Shown here piece by piece: positions 28,703 to 42,370 of a stretch of 64,000 nucleotides of DNA. This DNA is from Candidatus Omnitrophota bacterium (GTDB lineage Bacteria > Ratteibacteria > UBA8468 > B48-G9 > JAFGKM01), in NCBI GenBank assembly GCA_023818645.1, contig JAMWCJ010000001.1, forward strand, positions 9,584 to 73,583. Reading direction: 5' to 3'. Every line of letters begins with the position of its first letter. Position 1 is the first letter of the stretch. The notes beneath the pieces are model-generated. The model made no database searches, was not told the origin of the DNA, and saw nothing but the letters and a program-made list of their open reading frames with translations. The position numbers and the translations under genes are program-made.

Positions 28703-29329
28703 TTATTTAAAAACAAATCCTGTCTCTTTTGCCCATAAAAGCAAATCAAGTTCAGATGGTTTAATATTAATTTTTTTTGAAAATTCAATAAATTTTTTTT
28801 CAATTTCAAGATATTTTTTTTGAGACAATCTCTCTGGAATCTCTTCTATAATATTATACATTTTTAAATTTTTTAAAATATGCCTATCAAGAATTGCAAT
28901 ATTATCTCCAAGGCCTATATTTCTTAAAAAGTGACTTGTCTCTTTCATCCCAAAGCCCTTTATTTTTTTAACAAGAAATTTTCTAAGAGCATGGATATCT
29001 TTGGTATTTTTTATATAATCTTTTAAATTTTCTCGAAAAAATTCTTTTCTTGCCTCAATTATATAGTTTGCTTTCTTCTTGTTAAATCTAATTTTTTTCA
29101 AATTTTCAGCAATCTGTTTTTCTGTCCCATAAAAAAGTAAATTTTGATTTATTAACATCTCTATTGTTTGCCAGCAAATTTCTGCTTTTGTTTGTGGAGT
29201 TAAAAGACAGAAACATAATTCAGCAAAAATTTCTTTATCATCCTTTTTTTCGCTAAATTCTTTCAATCTATTTCTAATTTCAAACTTAAATTTTTTATAA
29301 ACTTCTTTAAGTTCTTTTATATTTTCCAT
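28703..29329 (-). CDS. ogg: 8-oxoguanine DNA glycosylase/AP lyase, short Ogg2-type (HhH-GPD)
   Basis: 208 aa. Helix-hairpin-helix GFGMKETSHFLRNIG followed by ILDRH (Asp of the GPD motif). Confidence 0.7.
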   Translation of the reverse strand: MENIKELKEVYKKFKFEIRNRLKEFSEKKDDKEIFAELCFCLLTPQTKAEICWQTIEMLINQNLLFYGTEKQIAENLKKIRFNKKKANYIIEARKEFFRENLKDYIKNTKDIHALRKFLVKKIKGFGMKETSHFLRNIGLGDNIAILDRHILKNLKMYNIIEEIPERLSQKKYLEIEKKFIEFSKKINIKPSELDLLLWAKETGFVFK

Positions 29330-29350
29330 TTAAATAAAATTAAATAAAAA

Positions 29351-29473
29351 TGTCTCTGGCAACACCTACTCTCCCACCTCCTCGCGAAGGCAGTACCATC
29401 GGCGTCGGGAGGCTTAACGACCGTGTTCGGGATGGGAACGGGTGTTGCCCTCCCGCTATGGTTGCCAGAGACA
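29351..29473 (-). rRNA. rrf: 5S ribosomal RNA
   Basis: The reverse complement contains the universal 5S motifs CCCGAACACGG, GTTAAGC, GCCGATGGTACTG and GGGAGAGTAGG. The terminal helix TGTCTCTGGCAAC/GTTGCCAGAGACA pairs perfectly. The ORF-track entries 29317..29508(-) and 29350..29568(+) are artefacts of this RNA. Confidence 0.85.
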
Positions 29474-29478
29474 TTATA

Positions 29479-29508
29479 ATTATACCCTATTTTATTTCTC
29501 TCTGTCAA
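29479..29508 (-). promoter_or_regulatory. Near-consensus sigma-70 promoter driving the 5S rRNA gene
   Basis: On the minus strand: TTGACA (29503-29508), an 18-nt spacer, then TATAAT (29479-29484). The start is predicted within about 5 nt of the mature 5S 5' end. A T-rich tract follows the 3' end. Confidence 0.55.
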
Positions 29509-29540
29509 GTCCTCCTAAAAATACCTATAAGGTGTAAAAT

Positions 29541-33536
<3,996 letters not shown>

Positions 33537-33581
33537 ATTTTATAGTTTAAAACCAAGAGAAAAAAATGTAAAATTTTATAA

Positions 33582-34436
33582 ATGGAAAATTTAATAAATA
33601 TATACAACAAAATTTATAAAGTGATAAAAGATGAATTTGAGTTTGAAAATCAAATAAAAAGGATTTATTTATTTAATGAAATCAGGAAAGTTGCATTTCT
33701 ATCTCTTCCTCCTCACTGCACTTCTCTTTTAATCATTCTACCAGGAGCAGGTTTTAATAAAAAAACAGAGAGATTACTGTATAAAAATTTTCAGTATTTA
33801 TTAAAAGACAATATTGGTATATGTATTTATATTTTAAATGACGGGAATTTAAATAAAGAAGATTATATTTTTTTTGAATATTTTAAAGAAAAAATTGGAG
33901 AAATTAGGGGATTAGTTAAATATATAAAAGATGAGTTAAAAATAAGAGATATAAATCTTTTAGGAATAAGTTTTGGGGGGATAATCGGTTTTATTGTTAC
34001 AGCATTGGAAAAAGACATCAAAAAATCTATCTTTTTCATCTCTGGTGTAAATTTAGAATTTATTACATGGAGAAGTTTACTTCGTTTTAAGTTAAAAAAA
34101 GAGTGTAAAAGAAATGTTTGTAAAAAGATGCATAAAATTTATAAAAATCTGATAAAAAATAATCTTTACGATGAAATATTAAATCTTCCAAAAAAATGTT
34201 TTCTTTACGAACCCCTTACATATATAAATAATCTGAGAGATAGAAAAATACTGATGATAAATGGGATTTTTGATATGATAGTGCCATTTTACTGTGCGTT
34301 AGAAGTAAAAAAATGGTTAAAAAATATAAAAATTTTATGGTATCCATCAACTCATTTAACATTTAAATTTTTCTTTCCTATTGTAAAAAAGAGAGTTTTA
34401 AATTTTTTGAAAAATGAAAATATACACAGGAATTGA
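33582..34436 (+). CDS. Alpha/beta-hydrolase-fold protein (putative esterase)
   Basis: Nucleophile elbow GISFGG preceded by IILPGAGFN. 284 aa. Confidence 0.45.
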   Translation: MENLINIYNKIYKVIKDEFEFENQIKRIYLFNEIRKVAFLSLPPHCTSLLIILPGAGFNKKTERLLYKNFQYLLKDNIGICIYILNDGNLNKEDYIFFEYFKEKIGEIRGLVKYIKDELKIRDINLLGISFGGIIGFIVTALEKDIKKSIFFISGVNLEFITWRSLLRFKLKKECKRNVCKKMHKIYKNLIKNNLYDEILNLPKKCFLYEPLTYINNLRDRKILMINGIFDMIVPFYCALEVKKWLKNIKILWYPSTHLTFKFFFPIVKKRVLNFLKNENIHRN

Positions 34437-34755
34437 CATAACTGAAATTGAAAGATTTAAAAAGGCATATGAAAAATATAAAGAAAAATTTCTTAAAAAA
34501 ATCTTTTTTAATGATGAACTTGAATTTTTAAAAGGAAACCTGTTAAAGATGTGTATTTCTTTTTCTTTTAAAGAAGCAATCTGGAAAACACTACCAGAAC
34601 AAATCCAGCAGAAATTACTTTTCAAAGATATAAAAATTGGATGGGACAAAGGCAATCCTTTTTTATTAGAAATAATAGAAAATTATGAAATTGTCTTTTC
34701 TTATTCAACAACTGAAAAATATGTAGTCGCTTTTGTTTTATTGATTGAACCCTGA
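34414..34755 (+). CDS. acpS: Holo-[acyl-carrier-protein] synthase (4'-phosphopantetheinyl transferase)
   Basis: 113 aa. N-terminal GIDITEIERF and FSFKEA.WK match the AcpS GIDIVEI..FAAKEA..KA pattern. Confidence 0.65.
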   Translation: MKIYTGIDITEIERFKKAYEKYKEKFLKKIFFNDELEFLKGNLLKMCISFSFKEAIWKTLPEQIQQKLLFKDIKIGWDKGNPFLLEIIENYEIVFSYSTTEKYVVAFVLLIEP

Positions 34756-35934
34756 ATTGACAATTAATTGATATGTATCAAAAGCAATTCTTAATTCCTC
34801 ATTTGTAGGAATAACAAAAATTTTAACTTGAGAAGAATCTTTACTTATTTCTCCTTCTTTTCCTACAATTTCTTTATTCTTCTCTAAATCTAAAACAATG
34901 CCAAAAAGTTCCATATCATTCAAAGATTTTTCTCTCACAAGAGGAACATTTTCTCCAATCCCTCCTGTAAAAATAATGGCATCAACCTTACCAAGTACAG
35001 CCATATAACTACCAATATATTTTTTTAATCTATAACAGAACATATCAATTGCTAAAGTGACTTTTTCATCTTTATTATAAAGAGGTAATAAATTTCTAAA
35101 ATCATTTGAAACTTCAGAAATCCCGAGTAAACCACTTTTTTTATTTAATATTTCACTCACTTCAGAAATATCTAAATTTAATCGTTCTAAAAAATAGAGA
35201 ATAACTCCAGGATCCAAGTCACCAGACCTTGTTCCCATTATCAAACCTTCAAGAGGAGTTAATCCCATACTTGTATCAAACGACTTTCCATTTTTAATTG
35301 CTGTTATACTACATCCATTCCCAAGATGACAGGTAATTGCATTTAATTCATATTTACCTTTTCCCATAATTTCGGAGACCCTTCTTGCAACATACCTGTG
35401 AGAAGTCCCATGAAATCCATATTTTCTTATTTTATACTTTTCATAAAAACTATAAGGGATTGCATAAAGATTAGAAACTTTTGGTAATGTGGTATGAAAG
35501 GCAGTATCAAAAGCAGCAACCTGAGTAGATTTAGGGAAAATCTTAATACATCCTTTTATTCCTGATAAATTGTGTGGATTATGTAGTGGAGCAAGAAAAA
35601 TATAATCTTCAATTTTTTTTATTACATTTTCATCTATTATAACGCTCTTTTCAAAACCTTCTCCACCATGAACAACCCTATGCCCTACTCCTTTTATTTC
35701 CTCAATGTTTTTTATTTCATTTTCAAGAAGTGTATTCGCAATAAGTTCAAGTCCAATCTGATGGTTATCTATTTTTATTTTTTTTTCTAATTTTGTTTTT
35801 CCAATATATTTGAAAATAGAAATTTCTTCTCCAATTTTTTCTACACTCCCATAAGAAATAAGAGTTTCTTCAGGCATCTCAAATAACTTAAATTTTATAG
35901 AAGAACTACCACAATTGATAACAAGTATTTTCAT
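34738..35934 (-). CDS. ackA: Acetate (or short-chain acyl) kinase
   Basis: MKILVINCGSSSIKFKLF N-terminus and full ASKHA-fold length of 398 aa. Confidence 0.9.
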   Translation of the reverse strand: MKILVINCGSSSIKFKLFEMPEETLISYGSVEKIGEEISIFKYIGKTKLEKKIKIDNHQIGLELIANTLLENEIKNIEEIKGVGHRVVHGGEGFEKSVIIDENVIKKIEDYIFLAPLHNPHNLSGIKGCIKIFPKSTQVAAFDTAFHTTLPKVSNLYAIPYSFYEKYKIRKYGFHGTSHRYVARRVSEIMGKGKYELNAITCHLGNGCSITAIKNGKSFDTSMGLTPLEGLIMGTRSGDLDPGVILYFLERLNLDISEVSEILNKKSGLLGISEVSNDFRNLLPLYNKDEKVTLAIDMFCYRLKKYIGSYMAVLGKVDAIIFTGGIGENVPLVREKSLNDMELFGIVLDLEKNKEIVGKEGEISKDSSQVKIFVIPTNEELRIAFDTYQLIVNSGFNQ

Positions 35935-36179
35935 TTTTTCAAAAGGTATTCTTTAATAAATTCAACTGCATCACCAACTGTTTTTACATCAAGTGCCTTT
36001 TCTTCATCCATCTCTATACCAAATTCTTCTTCAAATGCTGCAACAAGTTCTAAACTTTGAACACTTTCAGCACCAAGATCTTCTACGAATTTATCTTTAA
36101 GTTCAATTTTATCTTTATCAATACCAAGAACCTCTGAAATTACTTTTTTCACTCTTTCAATTATTTCAGTATCATTCAT
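35931..36179 (-). CDS. acpP: Acyl carrier protein
   Basis: 82 aa. DLGAESVQSLELVAAFEEEFGIEMDEE matches [20 protein letters not shown], including the phosphopantetheinyl Ser. Overlaps ackA by 4 nt. Confidence 0.7.
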   Translation of the reverse strand: MNDTEIIERVKKVISEVLGIDKDKIELKDKFVEDLGAESVQSLELVAAFEEEFGIEMDEEKALDVKTVGDAVEFIKEYLLKK

Positions 36180-36187
36180 AAATCCTC

Positions 36188-37477
36188 CTATTTTGAAATT
36201 TTTCTACTTTTTTCAATATATGTTTTTCTTTCTGTTTCTGTCATCTCGTAAATATTTCTAATTGCTGCTTCCTCCTCTTTTAAAAGTTCTCTATTTCTTC
36301 TCTTCATTGAAATTCTTACTGTTTCCAAGGAAGATTCAAGTCCATAACCCTTCATAAATTTTCCATTTACAAACCATATAAATGAAGGAAAATATTTTGG
36401 AAGTATATTATTTGCTGTTATATTACACATTATACCAACTATTGTTCCAGTATTAAAAAGTGTTCCAATACTTGTTTTTGTATGGTCACCTATAAAAGAA
36501 CCGACCTTTAATTGTCCTGTATCCACTGGTTTACCATTTAAATATACGCTCACATTTGAATAATCATTTTTTAAATCGCTATTTGTTGTTAAAGCACCAA
36601 GATTTACAAATTCTCCTACATAACTATGGCCTATAAAACCATCATGATATTTGTTGGAATAGGAATGAAAAATGCTTTCTTCAACCTCTCCACCAATCCT
36701 GCAAACAGGTCCAAAACTATTCCCTTCTCTTATTTTTGCACCTGGCATAATCTGTGTATTTTCTCCTATATATGAAGGACCAATTATTACTGAAAAAGGA
36801 AAAATCTTCACTCCTTCATCTATATATACAGGACCTTCACTTACATCAATTACTACAGAAGGATAAATTTCTGCTGTAGAAGCAATAAAAACATCTTTTT
36901 CTGAACCATAAATGCATGCTTTATCAGAAAATTTTCCTAAAATTCCTGCTTTATTTCTTTTTTTAAATTCAAATTTTATCAATTGTAAGTTATAACAAAT
37001 TAAATCCCAAGGATATTTAATGATAGTAAAATCTGTCTTTTTCGTTTTTAAATTACTCAATAAATTTTTCAAAAACTCATCTATATCTCCATTCCAGTAT
37101 TTATTCACATTTTCTCTTTTTATCAAACCATAAACAATTTCATCATCTTTTATATATATCTCCTCTTCCTTTAAATCAAATTCCACATCTCTATCAATTA
37201 ACCATCTTCCATTTATAATTAAAACATCATCTTTTAAAAAGTCCTCTTCATTTACTTTATAATTAAACTTTTTCTTGCAAAGATCTTTCAAATAATCTCT
37301 TACAAACAAAATCACATCTCCTTCTGGTAAAATAGAAACAATTTTTTCTAAAATTGAGTTAAAACCACATCTCAATTCAAAAACTACCTTCAAATAAGAA
37401 ATAGGTGTAAGATTAATCCAATTTCTGTCTTCATAAATTAATATTTTCATATTTACTCCTTTTAATTCATTAAACAA
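36188..37477 (-). CDS. Left-handed beta-helix (hexapeptide-repeat) transferase with degenerate N-terminal nucleotidyltransferase-like domain (GlmU-like)
   Basis: The C-terminal half is a run of hexapeptide repeats (IGENTQIMPGAKIREGNSFGPVCRIGGEVEESIF...VGSFIGDHTKTSIGTLFNTGTIVG). The N-terminus lacks GXGTRL. Confidence 0.5.
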   Translation of the reverse strand: MFNELKGVNMKILIYEDRNWINLTPISYLKVVFELRCGFNSILEKIVSILPEGDVILFVRDYLKDLCKKKFNYKVNEEDFLKDDVLIINGRWLIDRDVEFDLKEEEIYIKDDEIVYGLIKRENVNKYWNGDIDEFLKNLLSNLKTKKTDFTIIKYPWDLICYNLQLIKFEFKKRNKAGILGKFSDKACIYGSEKDVFIASTAEIYPSVVIDVSEGPVYIDEGVKIFPFSVIIGPSYIGENTQIMPGAKIREGNSFGPVCRIGGEVEESIFHSYSNKYHDGFIGHSYVGEFVNLGALTTNSDLKNDYSNVSVYLNGKPVDTGQLKVGSFIGDHTKTSIGTLFNTGTIVGIMCNITANNILPKYFPSFIWFVNGKFMKGYGLESSLETVRISMKRRNRELLKEEEAAIRNIYEMTETERKTYIEKSRKISK

Positions 37478-38436
37478 GTAATAACAGTTGTAATAATTAT
37501 ATCTTTTACTTTTGCTCCTCTTGATAAATCACTCACTGGTTTTGCAAAACCCTGAAGAATAGGTCCATATGCTTCTGCATTTCCTAAATATTGAGTTATT
37601 TTATAAGCAATATTACCTGAATTTAAATCAGGGAAAATTAAAACATTTGCCTTACCTCCAACAGGTGAAAAATCCTTTATTTTTCTTCTTGCCACTTCTT
37701 CATTTATTGCTGAATCTACCTGAAATTCTCCATCAATATCAAATTCTTTATTTTTCTCTTTTGCTATTTTTACTGCCTTTTGAATTTTTTCTACCAATGG
37801 ATGAGAAGCAGAACCTTTTGTAGAAAAAGATAGAAAAGCAATTTTAGGGTTAGTTCCAATTAGTTTTTTATAATTTAATCCTGTTGTTATTCCTATTTCT
37901 GCAAGTTGATTTTCATCTGGTAGAATATTAACTGCACAATCTGCAAAAAAATAAATTCTCCCATCAGGCAAAACCATTATAAAGAAACTTGAAACTGTCT
38001 TTATTCCTTCAAGATATCCAACTGTAAGGGCTGCTGCTTGAATAACATTTGCAGTTGTATTTACTGCACCTGCAACCATAGAATCACAAATACCTGTATC
38101 AACGAGTAACCCTCCAAAGACGAGGGGTCTTTTTACCATTTTTTCTGCAATATTTTTATTTATATTTTTTCTATTTTCACAATATCTTTCTACAAGAGTA
38201 TTAAAAAGTTCAGAATTTTCAGGTTCAATTATTTCAATCTGCGAAATATTTGAAATTCCAAGATTTTTCCCAATTTCATAAATTTTTTCTTTTTTCCCAA
38301 TAAGAACAGGAAATACTATCTTTTCTTTTAACAATTCAGAAGCAGATAACAAAATTCTTTCATCTTCTCCTTCTGGAAAAACAACCTTTTTATTTAAACT
38401 TTTAACTTTTTCAATAAATTCCTGTATTTTATCCAT
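37462..38436 (-). CDS. pta: Phosphate acetyl/butyryl-transferase (short Pta/Ptb family)
   Basis: KVVFPEGEDERIL and SMVAGAVNTTANVIQAA motifs. 324 aa. This is not PlsX (no GGD.AP). Confidence 0.8.
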   Translation of the reverse strand: MDKIQEFIEKVKSLNKKVVFPEGEDERILLSASELLKEKIVFPVLIGKKEKIYEIGKNLGISNISQIEIIEPENSELFNTLVERYCENRKNINKNIAEKMVKRPLVFGGLLVDTGICDSMVAGAVNTTANVIQAAALTVGYLEGIKTVSSFFIMVLPDGRIYFFADCAVNILPDENQLAEIGITTGLNYKKLIGTNPKIAFLSFSTKGSASHPLVEKIQKAVKIAKEKNKEFDIDGEFQVDSAINEEVARRKIKDFSPVGGKANVLIFPDLNSGNIAYKITQYLGNAEAYGPILQGFAKPVSDLSRGAKVKDIIITTVITCLMN

Positions 38437-38438
38437 TT

Positions 38439-39233
38439 TTAAAATAATCTTAATCCTATTTTTTTTTCTGCTTCACTTGCAAATTTATAATATTCTTTTC
38501 TTTTTAATTTACTTGCTGCCTCTTCATCTAAAATAATAGTTACTTTTGGATGTAATTGTAACACAGAAGCAGAAATCTGAGAAGTTATTGGTCCTTCAAT
38601 CGCTTTCGCAACAATCTCTGCCTTTTTTTCTCCATTTGCAAGAAGTATAATTTCTTTTGCTTCAAGTATAGTCCCAACTCCCATTGTAATAGCAAATCTT
38701 GGAACATCTTCTATTTTATCAAAAAATCTTGAATTATCTTTGATTGTTTGTTCATCAAGAGCAACCAATCTTGTTCGAGAATTAAGGGAAGAACCAGGCT
38801 CATTAAAACCAATATGTCCATCCCCTCCAATTCCAACAACTTGTAAATCAATCCCACCTACTTTTTTAATCATATCTTCATACCATTCACAATATTGTTC
38901 TATTTTTTCAATTGGGACTTTTCCATCTGGTACATTTGTATTATCTTTTTTTATATTTATATGATTGAACAAATTAATATCCATAAAATATCTATAACTT
39001 TGAGGATGATCCGGAGAGAGTCCGTAGTATTCATCAAGGTTAAATGTAATAACTTTAGAAAAATCAAGTCCTTCTTCTTTATGCATTCTTATAAGTTCTT
39101 TATACAATCCAACAGGAGTACTTCCTGTTGCAAGTCCTAAAACACAATTTTCCTTTTTTTGTATTAAATCTTTAACTATTTTTGCTGCTTCTTTACTCAT
39201 TTCTTCATAATTCTTCTTTATTATCACTCGCAT
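38439..39233 (-). CDS. nagB: Glucosamine-6-phosphate deaminase
   Basis: MRVII..GLATGSTP..FNLDEYYGL. The likely start is MRVII at 39233, although the ORF-track Met is at 39266. Either way it overlaps the 3' end of rpsA. Confidence 0.85.
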   Translation of the reverse strand: MRVIIKKNYEEMSKEAAKIVKDLIQKKENCVLGLATGSTPVGLYKELIRMHKEEGLDFSKVITFNLDEYYGLSPDHPQSYRYFMDINLFNHINIKKDNTNVPDGKVPIEKIEQYCEWYEDMIKKVGGIDLQVVGIGGDGHIGFNEPGSSLNSRTRLVALDEQTIKDNSRFFDKIEDVPRFAITMGVGTILEAKEIILLANGEKKAEIVAKAIEGPITSQISASVLQLHPKVTIILDEEAASKLKRKEYYKFASEAEKKIGLRLF

Positions 39234-40566
39234 CTTCCCTCCCTTTTTTGTTTTTAAAATTTTCACCTAATTGTTTAAACCCTAAAGAAATTTTTCTATT
39301 TTCTGGGTCTATTTCAAGTATCATAACTTCTACTTTCTGCCCTTTTCTTAAAACTTCTGACGGATGCTTAATTGGATTGTCTGAAATATTTGAAATATGT
39401 AAAAGCCCATCAATCCCTTTTTCTAATTCTATAAAGGCACCAAAATCTGTTATATGATAAACTTTACCTGTAACAACACTTCCAACCGGATATTTCTTTT
39501 CAATTTCAGGCCATGGATTTGGTTCAAGTTGTCTTAAACTGAAAGAAATCTTTTTTTCATCTTTTTTAATGTCTATAACCTTAACTTTCAATGTATCTCC
39601 AGTCGTTACTATTTCTGAGGGATGTTTAATTCTTCCTGTCCATGAGAGTTCGGATATATGAAGAAGACCTTCAACCCCTTCTTCAAGTTTAATAAACACG
39701 CCATAATCTGTAATATTAACAACCTTACCTTCAACTATTGAACCAACTGGATATTTTTCTTCAACTTTATCCCAAGGATTTTGTGTCTTTTGTTTTAACC
39801 CAAAAGAAACGACTTGCTTATCCAAATTTATATCAAGAACAACAACTTCTATTTTCTCACCAATACTCAAAAGTTGAGAAGGATGACTTATTCTGCCCCA
39901 ACTCATATCATTTATGTGTAGAAGTCCTACAATGCCATGTTCTATTTCTATGAAAGCGCCATAATCTATAATATTTTTCACAACTCCTTTGACAAGTTGA
40001 TTCTTATTTAAACTTTTCAGATACTCTATTTTCTGCCTTTCTTTTTCTTCTTCTATATATTCTTTTCTTGAAACAACAATATTTTTTCTTAAAGTATCAA
40101 ATTTTAATATTTTAAAAAATGTTTTCATCCCTACATATTCGTTCGGGTTTTTAATCGTTAATACGTCTGTCTGAGAAGAAGGTAAAAAGGCAGTCACTCC
40201 AATATCAACTCTATAGCCCCCTTTAACTCTTTTAAATATAACGCCTTCAACAGGAATATTATTTTTAAATTTTTCTTCTAATTGTTCCCAACATAACATA
40301 ATATCTGCTTTTTCTTTTGACAATGGAATAAGTCCATTTGTATCAGGATCTAAAGATTCAATAACTACATAAACTTCCTCACCTTTTTTCAATTCATTCA
40401 TTCTACTTTTAAATTCTTCTTTCAAAACCACACCTTCTGATTTAAATCCAATATCAATAATGACCTCTTCTTTTATAACATCCACTATTCTACCTTTAAT
40501 TAATGAACCAGGTCTAAAACTTTCTATTTTTTCTTCTAAAATTTTATTAACATTTTCTTTTGCCAT
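39205..40566 (-). CDS. rpsA: 30S ribosomal protein S1 (four S1 domains)
   Basis: Four repeats of G.V..I.D(F/Y)GAF(V/I)...G..GL(L/I)H.S... Confidence 0.9.
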   Translation of the reverse strand: MAKENVNKILEEKIESFRPGSLIKGRIVDVIKEEVIIDIGFKSEGVVLKEEFKSRMNELKKGEEVYVVIESLDPDTNGLIPLSKEKADIMLCWEQLEEKFKNNIPVEGVIFKRVKGGYRVDIGVTAFLPSSQTDVLTIKNPNEYVGMKTFFKILKFDTLRKNIVVSRKEYIEEEKERQKIEYLKSLNKNQLVKGVVKNIIDYGAFIEIEHGIVGLLHINDMSWGRISHPSQLLSIGEKIEVVVLDINLDKQVVSFGLKQKTQNPWDKVEEKYPVGSIVEGKVVNITDYGVFIKLEEGVEGLLHISELSWTGRIKHPSEIVTTGDTLKVKVIDIKKDEKKISFSLRQLEPNPWPEIEKKYPVGSVVTGKVYHITDFGAFIELEKGIDGLLHISNISDNPIKHPSEVLRKGQKVEVMILEIDPENRKISLGFKQLGENFKNKKGREDASDNKEEL

Positions 40567-41427
40567 TTAGGCCACCTCCTTATATCCAAATTTTTTTAAA
40601 TATTCTATCACCTCTTTTATAAAAAAATCAGGTGTTGAAGTTCCTGAAACAATTCCTACATTATTAAAACTATTGAAATTTATTTTACTTAAATTTGAAA
40701 AATTTTCAACAAAAAAACAATATTTACATTCTTTTTTGCAAATTTCAAAAAGTTTTTTAGTATTTGAACTTTCCTTTCCACCGAGCACCAGAACCGCATC
40801 TACTTTTTTCGCTATCTCAATACTCTCTTTTTCTCTTTCTTCTGTAACTTTACAAATAGTATTTAAAACGAGTATCTCCTTTGTTTTAACCAATTTAATA
40901 ATATTTTTTACAATATCAAAATAATAATCAAAATTTAAAGTTGTCTGACTTACAACAGCGACTTTACTTGTTTTTTTGTATTTATATCTTAATATATCTA
41001 ACTTATTTTCTATTATTTTGATATCTTTCCCATAACCTTTTATCCCTAAAACTTCTGGATGATTTTTGTCACCGATAATTAAAATATTATAATCCATATT
41101 ACTTAAATCTTCAACTAAATAATGAATTTTTTTTACAAATGGACAGGTCATATCATAAATTTTAAAATTTGAATTTTTTAATTTTTTTATTTGATTTTTA
41201 GAAAGACCGTGAGACCTTATCAAAAAGTGTTTTTCTTTAATATCTTCTATTGAATTATAAACTTTAAGACCTTTTAATTTAAGTTTCTCCATTACAAGTG
41301 GATTATGAACGATGTCCCCAACTGTAGATAAGGATTTTAACTCATCAAGTAATTTTTCAGTTGCTTCAACTGCCCTTTTAACACCAAAACAAAAGCCAAC
41401 ATTTTTTGCAACAATTATTTTTTTCAT
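40567..41427 (-). CDS. ispH: 4-hydroxy-3-methylbut-2-enyl diphosphate reductase
   Basis: N-terminus KNVGFCFGVKRAVE. Conserved Cys/His positions present. Abuts rpsA, the common ispH-rpsA linkage. Confidence 0.9.
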   Translation of the reverse strand: MKKIIVAKNVGFCFGVKRAVEATEKLLDELKSLSTVGDIVHNPLVMEKLKLKGLKVYNSIEDIKEKHFLIRSHGLSKNQIKKLKNSNFKIYDMTCPFVKKIHYLVEDLSNMDYNILIIGDKNHPEVLGIKGYGKDIKIIENKLDILRYKYKKTSKVAVVSQTTLNFDYYFDIVKNIIKLVKTKEILVLNTICKVTEEREKESIEIAKKVDAVLVLGGKESSNTKKLFEICKKECKYCFFVENFSNLSKINFNSFNNVGIVSGTSTPDFFIKEVIEYLKKFGYKEVA

Positions 41428-42011
41428 TGAAGTTTTCTAATTTCCTCTATTACTCTTTTGCTTATTTCTTCATAACTTCCTTTGTCAAAATAAAGTGGTT
41501 TCCCAATTATCACTTCAATTTTTTTTAATCTTATAAATTTACTATTCATAGGTAATGCCTTATCTGTTCCTTTCAATCTCACAGGGATAACAGGAACTTT
41601 ACTTTTTAATGCAATAAGACCAATGCCTGGTTTCCCTTCTTTAATTAATCCATCTTTACTTCTTGTCCCTTCTGGGAAAAAAACAATACCTTCTCCTCTT
41701 TTTAAAACCTCTATTGCTTTTTTCAAAGATAAAGGCATTTTACTCTCTCTATCAAGAGGAATTGCTCCTAAAATTCTAACTAAGGAAGAAAGAATTTTTA
41801 TTTTAAAAAGAGAAGTTTTAGCCATATAGTATAGTTTTCTGGGACATGCATATCCAATTGTAGGTGGGTCGAGATAACTTAAATGATTAGAAGCAATAAT
41901 AAATCCTCCTTTTTTTGGAAAATTTTCTCTCCCTTTGATTTTAATTAAAAAAAAGAGATTATAAACATAAAAACCTATAAATTTTGATAAAAGATATAAA
42001 AAACTTCTCAT
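41424..42011 (-). CDS. plsC: 1-acyl-sn-glycerol-3-phosphate acyltransferase
   Basis: ASNHLSYLDPP (H.S..D) and FPEGTRS motifs. Confidence 0.8.
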   Translation of the reverse strand: MRSFLYLLSKFIGFYVYNLFFLIKIKGRENFPKKGGFIIASNHLSYLDPPTIGYACPRKLYYMAKTSLFKIKILSSLVRILGAIPLDRESKMPLSLKKAIEVLKRGEGIVFFPEGTRSKDGLIKEGKPGIGLIALKSKVPVIPVRLKGTDKALPMNSKFIRLKKIEVIIGKPLYFDKGSYEEISKRVIEEIRKLQ

Positions 42012-42370
42012 TTTATTAATTTTTCAATATCTTTAAAATTTTTGTTTTTCTTTAAAAAATCAAGGTCTTTATCTTTTTTAATATAACTCTTTTTATTAAA
42101 TCCAAGAGAAATAGCAATTTTTAGATTTTTTTCTGCTTTTTCTATATCTCCGAGTAATGAATAATCACATGCCAAATTATAATAAGAAACTGGATCTAAA
42201 TTTAACATTTCTCCAATTTTTTTATCAATTTTTAAAACATTTTTATAATCCTTTAAAGATATATATATATGAGATAATTGAAAAAGGACTTCAACGAAAT
42301 CGGGTTTTCTCTTTATTAATTTTTTATAAAAATCTTTTCTTTCAAGTATTCTTTTATTAATTTGTTTCAT
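42008..42370 (-). CDS. Small TPR-repeat protein
   Basis: 120 aa with two to three TPR-like helical pairs (W..LA..Y...G....A...Y..AL). Confidence 0.4.
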   Translation of the reverse strand: MKQINKRILERKDFYKKLIKRKPDFVEVLFQLSHIYISLKDYKNVLKIDKKIGEMLNLDPVSYYNLACDYSLLGDIEKAEKNLKIAISLGFNKKSYIKKDKDLDFLKKNKNFKDIEKLIK

